Assembly (NCBI GenBank): GCA_950097015.1
Contig: CATNEN010000025.1
Coordinates: forward strand, 6,386,001 to 6,450,000
DNA: 64,000 nt
Source: Macrostomum hystrix
Taxonomy: Eukaryota > Animalia > Platyhelminthes
Reading direction: 5' to 3'
Below, one piece after another: positions 11,672-22,723 of the stretch. The notes beneath the pieces are model-generated. The model was not told the origin of the DNA and ran no database searches. It was given only the letters and a program-made list of their open reading frames with translations. Numbering within the stretch: the stretch's first letter is position 1; the number at the start of each line of letters is the position of its first letter. A program made the position numbers and the translations under genes.

Positions 11672-12482
11672 TGGCAGAGCTCGTGTCAGAAGCTTCAAAA
11701 TCTGACAGCAGAGCTCATGTCAGTAGCTTTAATAACTGACAGCAGAGCTCGTGTCAGTAGCTACAACTTCTGACAGCAGAGCTCGTGTCAGTAGCTACAA
11801 CTTCTGACAGCAGAGCTCGTGTCAGTAGCTTTAATAACTGACAGCAGAGCTCGTGTCAGTAGCTACAACTTCTGACAGCAGAGCTCGTGTCAGTAGCTAC
11901 AACTTCTGACGGCAGAGCTCGTGTCAGTAGCTACAATGTCTGACAGCAGAGCTCATGTCAGTAGCTACAACTTCTGACAGCAGAGCTCGTGTCAGAAGCT
12001 TCAATATCTGACAGCAGAGCTCGTGTCAGTAGCTACAATGTCTGACAGCAGAGCTCGTGTCAGTAGCTACAATGTCTGACAGCAGAGCTCGTGTCAGTAG
12101 CTTGAATAACTGACAGCAGAGCTCGTGTCAGAAGCTAAAATGTCTGACAGCAGAGCTCGTGTCAGTAGCTACAACTTCTGACAGAGGAGCTCGTGTCAGT
12201 AGCTTTAATAACTGACAGCAGAGCTCGTGTCAGAAGCTTTAATAACTGACAGCAGAGCTCGTGTCAGTAGCTACAACTTCTGACAGCGGAGCTCGTGTCA
12301 GAAGCTAAAATGTCTGGCAGCAGAGCTCGTGTCAGTAGCTACAACTTCTGACAGCGGAGCTCGTGTCAGTAGCTTTAATAACTGACAGCAGAGCTCGTGT
12401 CAGTAGCTTTAATAACTGACAGCAGAGCTCGTGTCAGTAGCTACAACTTCTGAAAGCGGAGCTCGTGTCAGAAGCTACAACA
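11672..12482. repeat. Minisatellite, 34-nt hairpin unit CTGACA-GCAGAGCTCG-TGTCAG-TAGCT plus a variable 7-mer
   Basis: About 24 copies visible. Confidence 0.95.
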
Positions 12483-13200
12483 TTTGACTGCAGTTGTACT
12501 AAATCTAAGTTTGTATTCCGAATTATTTTATTTTTATTTTATATCATCCAATGAAATCTTATGCATAATATGCGGGTTCTTGACTGACCTGTTTGTTCCA
12601 TTTTCTGCTTGCATGGATAGCATATGTTAAATAATATTAATCATATTTATAATAGCTTACTAATTAATCATTTTAAATGAATTGGGGTTGTGTTAAAAGT
12701 TAGTCCTGTTACCATAGAAACGCACATAAACGACGCAAAAGTTACTCTGTTTGTAGTCACTATACTAAACGCGACATTAGAGTTACAATAATATTTCCTT
12801 TTTTAATTTTATTTACTTAGTTAAGAGTTTTATAAACATATTATTTTATCTTTTCATTTTTATATTAAGTTTCCCTTTCTCAAATTCTGTGTTGTCTTTT
12901 TGCACCTAAATTTTGAATAGTGTTAACTGCCCAGTTTAATATCAAAGTTTTTATCATTATTTATCGACTAGTAGACACAATGTCCAATGCCGCTCATGCT
13001 AAATTATCCTTATATTTATTTTTCAATGCTAAATATACAAAAAATCATCATAGACAAGCTATTCAACATTAATTAGTCACTATGCATGGCATATCAATTC
13101 ACAATAGCTTTAACGCTCGCATTGTAGGCCTATTTATATTTATTGGAAGTCACTTTAACAGGAAACTTGTTGATTGACACATCAATTACCGTTGATTCCG

Positions 13201-15640
13201 CTCCTTCAGTGGGATTATCCTCTTTCTTTCTGTGGGATTACCCTCTTTTCTTTCTGTGGGATTACCCTCCTTTCCTTCTGTGGGATTATCCTCTTTCTTT
13301 CTGTGGGATTTCCCTCCTTTCCTTCTGTGGGATTACCCTCTGCTCCTTCTGTGGGATTACCCTCCTTTCTTTCTGTGGGATTGCCCTATTTTCTTTCCGT
13401 GGGATTACCCTCTTTTCTTTCTGTGGGATTACCCTCCGCTCCTTCAGTGGGATTACCCTCCTTTCCTTCTGTGGGATTACCCTCCTTTCTTTCTGTGGGA
13501 TTGCCCTATTTTCTTTCCGTGGATTACCCTTTTTTCTTTCTGTGGGATTACCCTCCGCTCCTTCTGTGGGATTACCCTCCTTTCCTTCAGTGGGATTTCC
13601 CTCCTTTCCTTCTGTGGGATTACCCTCCGCTCCTTCTGTGGGATTACCCTCCTTTCCTTCTGTGGGATTATCCTCTTTCTTTCTGTGGGATTTCCCTCCT
13701 TTCCTTCTGTGGGATTACCCTCTGCTCCTTCTGTGGGATTACCCTCCTTTCTTTCTGTGGGATTGCCCTATTTTCTTTCCGTGGGATTACCCTTTTTTCT
13801 TTCTGTGGGATTACCCTCCGCTCCTTCAGTGGGATTACCCTCCTTTCCTTCTGTGGGATTACCCTCCTTTCTTTCTGTGGGATTGCCCTATTTTCTTTCT
13901 GTGGGATTACCCTTTTTTCTTTCTGTGGGATTACCCTCCGCTCCTTCTGTGGGATTACCCTCCTTTCCTTCAGTGGGATTACCCTCCTTTCCTTCTGTGG
14001 GATTTCCCTCCTTTCCTTCTGTGGGATTACCCTCTTTTCTTTCTGTGGGATTACCCTCCTTTCCTTCAGTGGGATTACCCTCCTTTCCTTCAGTGGGATT
14101 ACCCTCCTGTCCTTCTGTGGAATTACCTTCTTTTCTTTCTGTGGGATTACCCTTTTTTCTTTCTGTGGGATTACCCTCCGCTCCTTCTGTGGGATTACCC
14201 TCCTTTCCTTCTGTGGGATTACCCTCCTTTCCTTCAGTGGGATTACCCTCCTGTCCTTCTGTGGGATTACCCTCTTTTCTTTCTGTGGAATTACCCTCCG
14301 CTCCTTCTGTGGGATTACCCTCCTTTCCTTCTGTGGGATTACCCTCCTTTCTTTCTGTGGGATTGCCCTATTTTCTTTCCGTGGGATTACCCTTTTTTCT
14401 TTCTGTGGGATTACCCTCCGCTCCTTCTGTGGGATTACCCTCTTTTCTTTCTGTGGGATTACCCTCCTTTCCTTCAGTGGGATTACCCTCCTTTCCTTCT
14501 GTGGGATTACCCTCTTTTCTTTCTGTGGGATTACCCTCCTTTCCTTCAGTGGGATTACCCTCCTTTCCTTCAGTGGGATTACCCTCCTGTCCTTCTGTGG
14601 AATTACCTTCTTTTCTTTCTGTGGGATTACCCTTTTTTCTTTCTGTGGGATTACCCTCCGCTCCTTCTGTGGGATTACCCTCCTTTCCTTCTGTGGGATT
14701 ACCCTCCTTTCCTTCTGTGGGATTGCCCTATTTTCTTTCCGTGGGATTACCCTTTTTTCTTTCTGTGGGATTACCCTCCGCTCCTTCTGTGGGATTACCC
14801 TCTTTTCTTTCTGTGGGATTACCCTCCTTTCCTTCAGTGGGATTACCCTCCTTTCCTTCAGTGGGATTACCCTCCTTTCCTTCAGTGGGATTACCCTCCT
14901 GTCCTTCTGTGGAATTACCTTCTTTTCTTTCTGTGGGATTACCCTCCGCTCCTTCTGTGGGATTACCCTCCTTTCCTTCAGTGGGATTACCCTCCTTTCC
15001 TTCTGTGGGATTTCCCTCCTTTCCTTCTGTGGGATTACCCTCTTTTCTTTCTGTGGGATTACCCTCCTTTCCTTCAGTGGGATTACCCTCCTTTCCTTCA
15101 GTGGGATTACCCTCCGGTCCTTCTGTGGAATTACCTTCTTTTCTTTCTGTGGGATTACCCTTTTTTCTTTCAGTGGGATTACCCTCCTTTCCTTCTGTGG
15201 GATTACCCTCCTTTCCTTCAGTGGGATTACCCTCCTGTCCTTCTGTGGAATTACTTTCTTTTCTTTCTGTGGGATTACCCTCTTTTCTTTCTGTGGGATT
15301 ACCCTCCGCTCCTTCTGTGGGATTACCCTCCTTTCCTTCTGTGGGATTACCCTCCTTTCCTTCAGTGGGATTACCCTCCTGTCCTTCTGTGGGATTACCC
15401 TCTTTTCTTTCTGTGGGATTACCCTCCTTTCCTTCAGTGGGATTACCCTCCTGTCCTTCTGTGGGATTACCCTCTTTTCTTTCTGTGGGATTACCCTCCG
15501 CTCCTTCTGTGGGATTACCCTCCTTTCCTTCTGTGGGATTACCCTCCTTTCCTTCAGTGGGATTTACCTCCTGTCCTTCTGTGGGATTACCCTCCGCTCC
15601 TTCTGAGGGATTAACCTCCTTACCTTCGGTGGGATATTTT
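13201..15640. repeat. Minisatellite, 24-nt unit CTGTGGGATTACCCTCCTTTCCTT
   Basis: About 100 copies; a unit length divisible by 3 explains the three 800-aa ORFs. Confidence 0.95.
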
Positions 15641-16199
15641 CGCTCTTTTTTCTGATTACCCTTAGCTCGTTTAATTGGGTTAATTCCAGTATTTTAAATT
15701 GCGATTAACTTCTCAATAAAATTACTAATAGAACACGAATGTATTTGTTCTACAATTCAAGCACTAATAGTGTCCAGATATGCAAAAAAACACAACATAA
15801 TGACAGAATAACAAAATGTGCGCCAATTTAGGATCAGGTTTTGAGCGCAGAGGAAGCCGCAAAGCTGCAAAGTTTCTGCGACACGTTGGCGCCACTAAAA
15901 ATTGATCCGCACCTGGTCTGGCTTGTCCGGCAAGTCGCGGCTGCTGCTAAAGACACTCCTGCCTCAATTCCTGAGACGCCCCTGTTTCATTTCCTCAAAG
16001 CGGATAGAAACGCGTCAGTCGCTCCTCACTGATACTGCCCCCCCGGGCCCCGGCGCCAGGCCCCGGCGCTGCATAATACTCGTAAGAGGCCAAAGTGAAG
16101 GATTGAAGCTTAGGAACAAGAATTGGAGGGTAGAGGAGCTTTCCTTTTGTTTTCAACAAATTCTTCTCGCTACTATCTGCGCCCCTCTGCCTCTCCATC

Positions 16200-16400
16200 T
16201 CTGTCTATCCTTGGCCTGCCCCCGACCCTGAATATTCAGCGTCTTCAAGACTCATCGGCTCAGAGGTCGGCGCGTATGATTTTGGAGCAGCCAGCCCGAG
16301 TTGAGTGACTGATGGCGAGGAAATAATGGTGACAGGGTTAAGCTGGCCTGGCTTGAGTTTCCGGGCGATCCACAACGAGGTGGACATAGACAGGCAGGTC
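16200..16400 (+). pseudogene. Possible decayed CR1/L2-type LINE ORF2 3' fragment
   Basis: Frameshifted peptides NIQRLQ..AQRSARMIL and VTGLSWPGLSFRAIHNEVDID resemble the post-RT LE.VQRRAAR..L.W..L..RR...IHN..V.I region; weak. Confidence 0.3.
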
Positions 16401-17039
16401 TTAGCCTTCATCCTGTTCCTCTGTGCCTCCTCCGTCTGTCTCTCTCTCACCGGGACGACAACACAATAGGATGAATCTCTAGCCCACCGCCACATTGTGA
16501 CCTGTCTGCAGAAATCAATGTGACGTTAAAATTTGAAGTCTTTAAGCTCTTCTTCATCTCTACTTCTACTTTTTCTGCTTCTTCCATACCTCAAGCGGGA
16601 CCCGCTCCGCATCAGACAGTAAGACAGTCAGGTAATTCAACGCATGCGAAACGGCGGATGCGATGCTGAAGGATGTCGCGTTAAGTGACTGAGAGATTCG
16701 CAACCCACCTTGGCAGACACTTGAGCCACACAACCTATAGCCACCCCAAACTCTTCAGCTCTGAGATCCATCCACTTTCCGTGCTAGGAGGCCTTCCTAT
16801 AGTTCCTGCGCCTTGTTTCTCACCCTCTCGATCCTGCCCGCCACTCACCATAGCTGAAGTGTCTGCAGGCTACCCTTTCTACTCACCGTTTGTTGCACTC
16901 CGCAATGCGTCTATCGCGACAGAAAATTTCCTACTTCAGCCATAGACTAATTAGGCAGATTCAACGGCTGTTGCTGTCGCTGTCAAAAGTTTGGGCTCAT
17001 GAGATCGCTTGTAAAAGAGCCTACCTCGAAAAAATCAAA

Positions 17040-18156
17040 CCGGTACAAGATCTCACTGGTACAACAACAAAATATCACTGGTACAAGATCTCACTGGTAC
17101 AACAACAACATCTCACTGGTACAACAACAAAATATCACTGGTACAAGATCTCACTGGTACAACAACAACATCTCACTGGTACAACAACAAAATATCACTG
17201 GTACAAGATCTCACTGGTACAAGATCTCACTGGTACAACAACAACATCTCACTGGTACAAGATCTTACCAGAATAAGATCTCACCGGTACAAGATCTCAC
17301 CGGTACAAGATCTCACCGGTACAAGATCTCACCGGTACAAGATCTCACCGGTACAAGATCTCACTGGTACAAGATCTTACCAGAATAAGATCTCACCGGT
17401 ACAAGATCTCACTGGTACAAGATCTCACTGGTACAAGATCTCACTGGTACAAGATCTCACTGGTACAAGATCTCACTGGTACAAGATCTCACTGGTACAA
17501 GATCTCACTGGTACAAGATCTCACTGGTACAAGATCTCACTGGTACAAGATCTCACTGGTACAAGATCTCACTGGTACAAGATCTCACTGGTACAAGATC
17601 TCACTGGTACAAGATCTCACTGGTACAAGATCTCACTGGTACAAGATCTCACTGGTACAAGATCTCACTGGTACAAGATCTTACCAGAATAAGATCTCAC
17701 TGGTACAAGATCTTACCAGAATAAGATCTCACTGGTACAAGATCTTACCAGAATAAGATCTTACCAGAATAAAATCTCACTGGTACAAGATCTCACTGGT
17801 ACAAGATCTCACTGGTACAAGATCTCACTGGTACAAGATCTTACCAGAATAAGATCTCACTGGTACAAGATCTTACCAGAATAAGATCTTACCAGAATAA
17901 GATCTCACTGGTACAAGATCTTACCAGAATAAGATCTCACTGGTACAAGATCTTACCAGAATAAGATCTTACCAGAATAAGATCTCACTGGTACAAGATC
18001 TTACCAGAATAAGATCTCACTGGTACAAGATCTTACCAGAATAATATCTCACTGGTACAAGATCTTACCAGAATAAGATCTCACTGGTACAAGATCTTAC
18101 CAGAATAAGATCTTACCAGAATAAAATCTCACTGGTACAAGATCTCACTGGTACAA
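17040..18156. repeat. Minisatellite, 16-nt units ACAAGATCTCACTGGT / AAGATCTTACCAGAAT
   Basis: Directly visible. Confidence 0.95.
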
Positions 18157-19059
18157 TAACTAAGCCGTATTGAGTCCTAACTAAAACCGTTCGATTCGCA
18201 TTCTCTCGTTGAAGAACTCTTCTATCCATATGTATTATTTACTATGATCGTATTAAATCTACATTCGTAAGCTATAGCTCAGCAGAATCTGGGATTTAAC
18301 CCTCCCCATTCAGGCATGCATCCAACGCAAAGAGGATATCAGGAGAGGTCCCGATCGAGTGTTCCGTTGGCTTAATTTAACACCCTAATGGAAATAGCGC
18401 AGCGCGCTGGCTAAACAATAAGCCGTTGCTTCGCTAACCAGGAGGAACCATCTCTTATTCGCTATATATATCTCCTACCTATGTAGCTGGAAACGTTTTG
18501 CTAAGGATTTTATTTTACTTCTACGCCTACACACTATATATATATCTCCTGCTCACCTCTGTTATGCCAGCCGGTATGACTGACTGAATTTACAATTAAT
18601 GAGCATGCCAGGTCTATCTGTCCTACCTTCTCTAACCAACCCCCCTGTGTCACCTGCCCTACACAACACGCTTCAAGAACCAGACAAGGAACCAGTCGCT
18701 TTTGCCCATAGTAATGCATCCGATTCTTTCACACGCCACTGTCAAGCATCTCGCGAGTCAGTCAAATCGGGCTGTAGAGACTGTTAAATTTCAGCTTTTT
18801 TAAACTTACTCAAGCCTTAAGTTATAGGAGATAGATGAATGATTTCTACTGTGGAACTGAAGTGGTTTAATTTTTACATTTGATGTTTTACAAGCCTGTC
18901 TGGTGTACGGACTTATAGAATGAAGAGCTGAAGCGCGAGTGGTTTTCAATGTCTTGGCACCCATTTTGACCTCGTTCAATTCCATTGGCTGTTGAATGCC
19001 ATAGACAGTTTTCCATGTTCATTGCTATTTGATGTACATTTATAAAATCTGACTGAGGA

Positions 19060-19318
19060 AAGTCCTGAATTCATGACTTGAAGGTCGGGGGTTTGAGTCT
19101 CGACGCCACTGGAACAATTTGCGTCCTTTAGCAGGACACTTAACTCTGCATTGCTTCAGTTCAACCAGCTGTTAACTTGGTAGCAGCATTAGCTGGGATA
19201 ATCGAAGGTGGGTGTGGCACCCACCCAGTCCATGGACTGAACAGCCGTAAGCAGCCTTCAGCTGCGCCGCGCAATAGATGCGGCTGTGCTGTCGGCTGCA
19301 CATCTGGCCCAATTGGGC
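19060..19318 (+). mobile_element. SINE family 1, copy 2 (decayed head, CORE-like domain and tail present)
   Basis: Aligns by eye with 7860-8031 and with the 39650-39773 tail (CAGTCCATGGACTGAACAGCCGTA.GCAGCCTTCAG.TGCGCCGCGCAATAG). Confidence 0.75.
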
Positions 19319-19379
19319 AAAATTAATTTCTATGGCAAAAAGCACTCGTCTTGCCAATGACACACTCGTTTGTGCTCCA

Positions 19380-19441
19380 CATGGACTTCTATCGCTAGCA
19401 TAGAAGCTATAAGCTATAGATGCTATGTATAGAAGTCCATG
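19380..19441. mobile_element. 62-bp foldback mini-element, 13-bp terminal inverted repeats CATGGACTTCTAT
   Basis: Perfect 13-bp arms plus an inner TAGCAT/ATGCTA pair; flanks GTGCTCCA and GTGTTCAG match at 5 of 8 positions. Confidence 0.45.
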
Positions 19442-19861
19442 GTGTTCAGAATCATTCCATTTCTGAATGTTTCGGATTTTTTGCTGAAATCAGGCCTCAG
19501 AAAACAGATGGCATTGGGAGGAGAAGAGATGTGGACAAAAATGAATTTCAATTAAATGCAGTCTTAAGTGGCCCCTAGGGCTGGCCAACTGGCCTTTGTT
19601 AGAGTTATCTGGCGATTTTTTTATCCTTGATGATGACAAAGCGCACGAGATGGCGCTTTAAAAAAATCTGGCAAATGAAGCTGGGATGAAGAAGCGAAAT
19701 CTGTTTGGCAGAGAAATCATTTTTTTATTTTTAGTCTCATTTTTTTCGAAAGATGATGGCAAAGAATTGGCAAAGAATTCTAAGACAAAGACTAACTGCC
19801 TCCAGGCTAGGCCCGCGCATCAATTGAAGTATTTTATATAATAGACTGAATTCGTGACTGT

Positions 19862-19896
<35 letters not shown>
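19862..19896. repeat. (AGC)11 microsatellite
   Basis: Directly visible. Confidence 0.95.
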
Positions 19897-19897
<1 letters not shown>

Positions 19898-20104
19898 GGT
19901 TGTGGTCACCTAACAGTAGATTTCAGCATGCTAGATAAGGGCTCTCTATTGAATTACCCTCATTCCAAAGCAGCAACAAGAAAGGGGTGGTAAAGACTGC
20001 TGCGGGGCTGAGAATGAAATAAAACTAATAAAGGTGAAGCGAGAAGGCAAAGGAGCAAGGTGGGGGAAGAAAAAAAGAAAGGCTATTAATGAGGCGGAAG
20101 AAAT

Positions 20105-20291
20105 GAGAGTAGAAAGAAGAAGAGAGGGGCAGAGGAAAGGAGGAAGAGAGGAGAGAGAGAGGGGCAGTGGGAGAGAGGAAAAGAGGGAGAGAGGAAGAGA
20201 GGGGGAGAGAGAGGGGCAGAGGGAGAGAGGAATAGGGGGAGAGAGGAAGAGAGAGGGAGAGAGGGAGAGAGAGAGGGAGAGAGAGGAGAGA
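20105..20291. repeat. GA-rich polypurine tract left of the ribozyme island
   Basis: GAGAGAGG-type units. Confidence 0.9.
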
Positions 20292-20349
20292 GGACACTGC
20301 CCATTGAATTTCAAAATTCTAATGTTGGAATCAATTCCGATATGTATCG

Positions 20350-20459
20350 AAAAAATTGACATCAGGATTCGAACCAAGGCAACTCCAGACGCGTTTCGCT
20401 CTTATTGGAGCTCATCAGTAGAGTCTAGCCTAGCGCTCTAGCCATTAGGCTATAGGCGC
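20350..20459 (-). mobile_element. tRNA-like Pol III unit (SINE-like) carrying the hammerhead between its A and B boxes
   Basis: tRNA-like 5' end GCGCCTA TA GCCT AATGGCTA GAGC G; A box TAGCCTAATGG (20452-20442); B box GGTTCGAATCC (20375-20365); TTTTTT terminator (20355-20350). Confidence 0.75.
20381..20425 (-). ncRNA. Minimal type I hammerhead ribozyme; predicted cleavage after GUC, between 20388 and 20387
   Basis: Minus strand GACTCTA-CTGATGA-GCTC(CAATAA)GAGC-GAAA-CGCG-TC-TGGAGTT. It has the full core (CUGAUGA, G10.1:C11.1, GAAA, UH), stem I of 6-7 bp with wobbles, a 4-bp stem II, and stem III reduced to one A-U pair with a palindromic CGCG loop. Confidence 0.88.
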
Positions 20460-20581
20460 TTGTTCAAATCCAGCTTTCAATCTCAACATATCGTAATCAA
20501 TTCGACAGCGCCCCGCAACTCAATCCATACTCACTCAACTCCGTGGCACTGACTCGGTCGTACGAGACGCCGGTGCTGGCC

Positions 20582-21677
20582 TGAGAGAGAGGGAGAGAGG
20601 GAGAGAGAGAGGGAGAGAGGAAGAGAGGGGCAGAGGGAGAGAGGAATAGGGGGAGAGAGGAAGAGAGGGAGAGAGGGAGAGAGGTGGAGAGGGAGAGAGG
20701 GAGAGAGGGAGAGAGGGAGAGAGGAAGGGAGGAAGAGAGGAAGAGAGGAAGAGATGGAGAGAGGAATAGGGGGGGAGAGGTAGAGAGGGAGAGAGGGAGA
20801 GAGGGAGAGAGGAAGGGAGGAAGAGAGGAAGAGAGGAAGAGATGGAGAGAGGAATAGGGGGGGAGAGGTAGAGAGGGAGAGAGGGAGAGAGGTAGAGAGG
20901 AGCAGAGGGAGAGAGGGAGAGAGGGAGAGAGGAAGAGAGGTAGAGAGGAGCAGAGGGAGAGAGGGAGAGAGGGAGAGAGGGAGAGAGGTAGAGAGGAGCA
21001 GAGGGAGAGAGGGAGAGAGGGAGAGAGGAAGGGAGGAAGAGAGGAAGAGAGGAAGAGATGGAGAGAGGAATAGGGGGGGAGAGGTAGAGAGGGAGAGAGG
21101 GAGAGAGGTAGAGAGGAGCAGAGGGAGAGAGGGAGAGAGGGAGAGAGGAAGAGAGGGAGACAGGAAGTGAGGGAGAGAGGGAGAGAGGGAGAGAGGGAGA
21201 CAGGAAGTGAGGGAGAGAGGGAGAGAGGGAGAGAGGTAGAGAGGAGCAGAGGGAGAGAGGGAGAGAGGGAGAGAGGAAGAGAGGGAGACAGGAAGTGAGG
21301 GAGAGAGGGAGAGAGGGAGAGAGGTAGAGAGGAGCAGAGGGAGAGAGGGAGAGAGGGAGAGAGGAAGAGAGGGAGACAGGAAGTGAGGGAGAGAGGGAGA
21401 GAGGGAGAGAGGTAGAGAGGTAGAGAGGGAGAGAGGAAGAGAGAGGGAGAGAGGGAGAGAGGAAGAGAGGGAGACAGGAAGTGAGGGAGAGAGGGAGAGA
21501 GGAAGAGAGAGGAAGAGAGAGGGAGAGAGGGAGAGAGGGAGAGAGGGAGAGAGGTAGAGAGGTAGAGAGGGAGAGAGGAAGAGAGAGGGAGAGAGGGAGA
21601 GAGGAAGAGAGGGAGACAGGAAGTGAGGGAGAGAGGGAGAGAGGAAGAGAGAGGAAGAGAGAGGGAGAGAGGGAGAG
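20582..21677. repeat. 1.1-kb GA-rich polypurine tract right of the ribozyme island
   Basis: GAGAGAGG-type units; almost no pyrimidines on the + strand. Confidence 0.95.
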
Positions 21678-22723
21678 CTCCTCAATCCCAGGAACAGAAG
21701 CGGTACTGAAGCGCAGACGTGTAATTAAAGTTTGCAGAAATACTTTGAAATAATATTTAAAATACTAGAAAATTGGCAAGCAGAGAAAGCCGTGCTTGTT
21801 TGTCAGATTTCAAAATTCAAACGACCACAACGCGTAACAAATTTGTAGTCCATAACAAACTTATATGTAATAGTATATTTATATAGATATTTGTATGCAT
21901 ACGAGCTAGTTGTGATATCGTGCGGGACACAGAGTCTGGAGTTCAGCGTGCAGAGCAACATTTTACAAACACAGAAAGCAGTCAAAAGCTGCTCATTTTG
22001 GAGTTGGGGATGGGGTCATTTGCTCAAAGACATTCTCACATGAGTGTCCCTATATTTTGTGCGACAGTATGATAAAATTGAACGTCTGAGACTGAATGAC
22101 TAGACAGGCAAACATTTTTTAGCAATTTCTTTCTTAGAAACTTAAGCCTGGTAAATGAATTCTGATTCAATTTCCCTTAAATCTGATTTCAATGAAACAC
22201 CGACTGATTTCACACTTACTGAACGAACGAAACTATAAGCAGGCATAGCGTGTTCGGCTTGTTATACAAACTGAGTTTAGTTAGACAAATTCTGTACAAA
22301 AAATGAGGCCGATATAAAAAAGAACATGACAAAACGCATCACTACAAGTACTTCATATTCAAAATGTGGCGCATGCACAGATAAGTGTAAATTGGGGCAA
22401 ACACGCCGCTTAATATCCTAGTAACCAGATTGGAGCACAGACAAAACACAGACGAGTGACACAAAAAATAATAGGAGTACAGGGAAACAGTTCGGGAAAA
22501 TCTGTTTCAAAGCGATTAGAGAAAGTCTTAATCTGCCGAGAAAAAGTTAAAGCATGTGATTAAGTTGAAGAAAGCTTTGTTGTTGATGGGAAGATGTAGG
22601 GGGGCGGACACAAGTACGGATACTAGTACATGGTGATTTGCTCTGCAGATTATAGAAAACATCTCTCTATATGCATGTGTGTGGGTGTGTGTCGTGAGTT
22701 TATCAAGTGAGTTCAACAAATTC

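Noticed and set aside
11672-12482. CRISPR array
   Set aside because: Linkers are only 7 nt and reused, there are no cas genes, and the context is eukaryotic
13143-15655. Three 800-aa ORFs in all + frames
   Set aside because: Products of a stop-free 24-nt minisatellite; no unique coding sequence
16006-16015. Second hammerhead (GAAACGCGTC motif)
   Set aside because: No CTGANGA, stem II or stem I partner upstream
20350-20459. Functional tRNA-Ser(AGA) with an intron
   Set aside because: CT-AGA follows the anticodon 5' strand, but the 3' acceptor strand, variable arm and a proper T stem are absent
20534-20581. HDV-like ribozyme next to the hammerhead
   Set aside because: A 7-bp P1-like helix exists, but I could not find L3/P1.1, P2 or the J4/2 catalytic C
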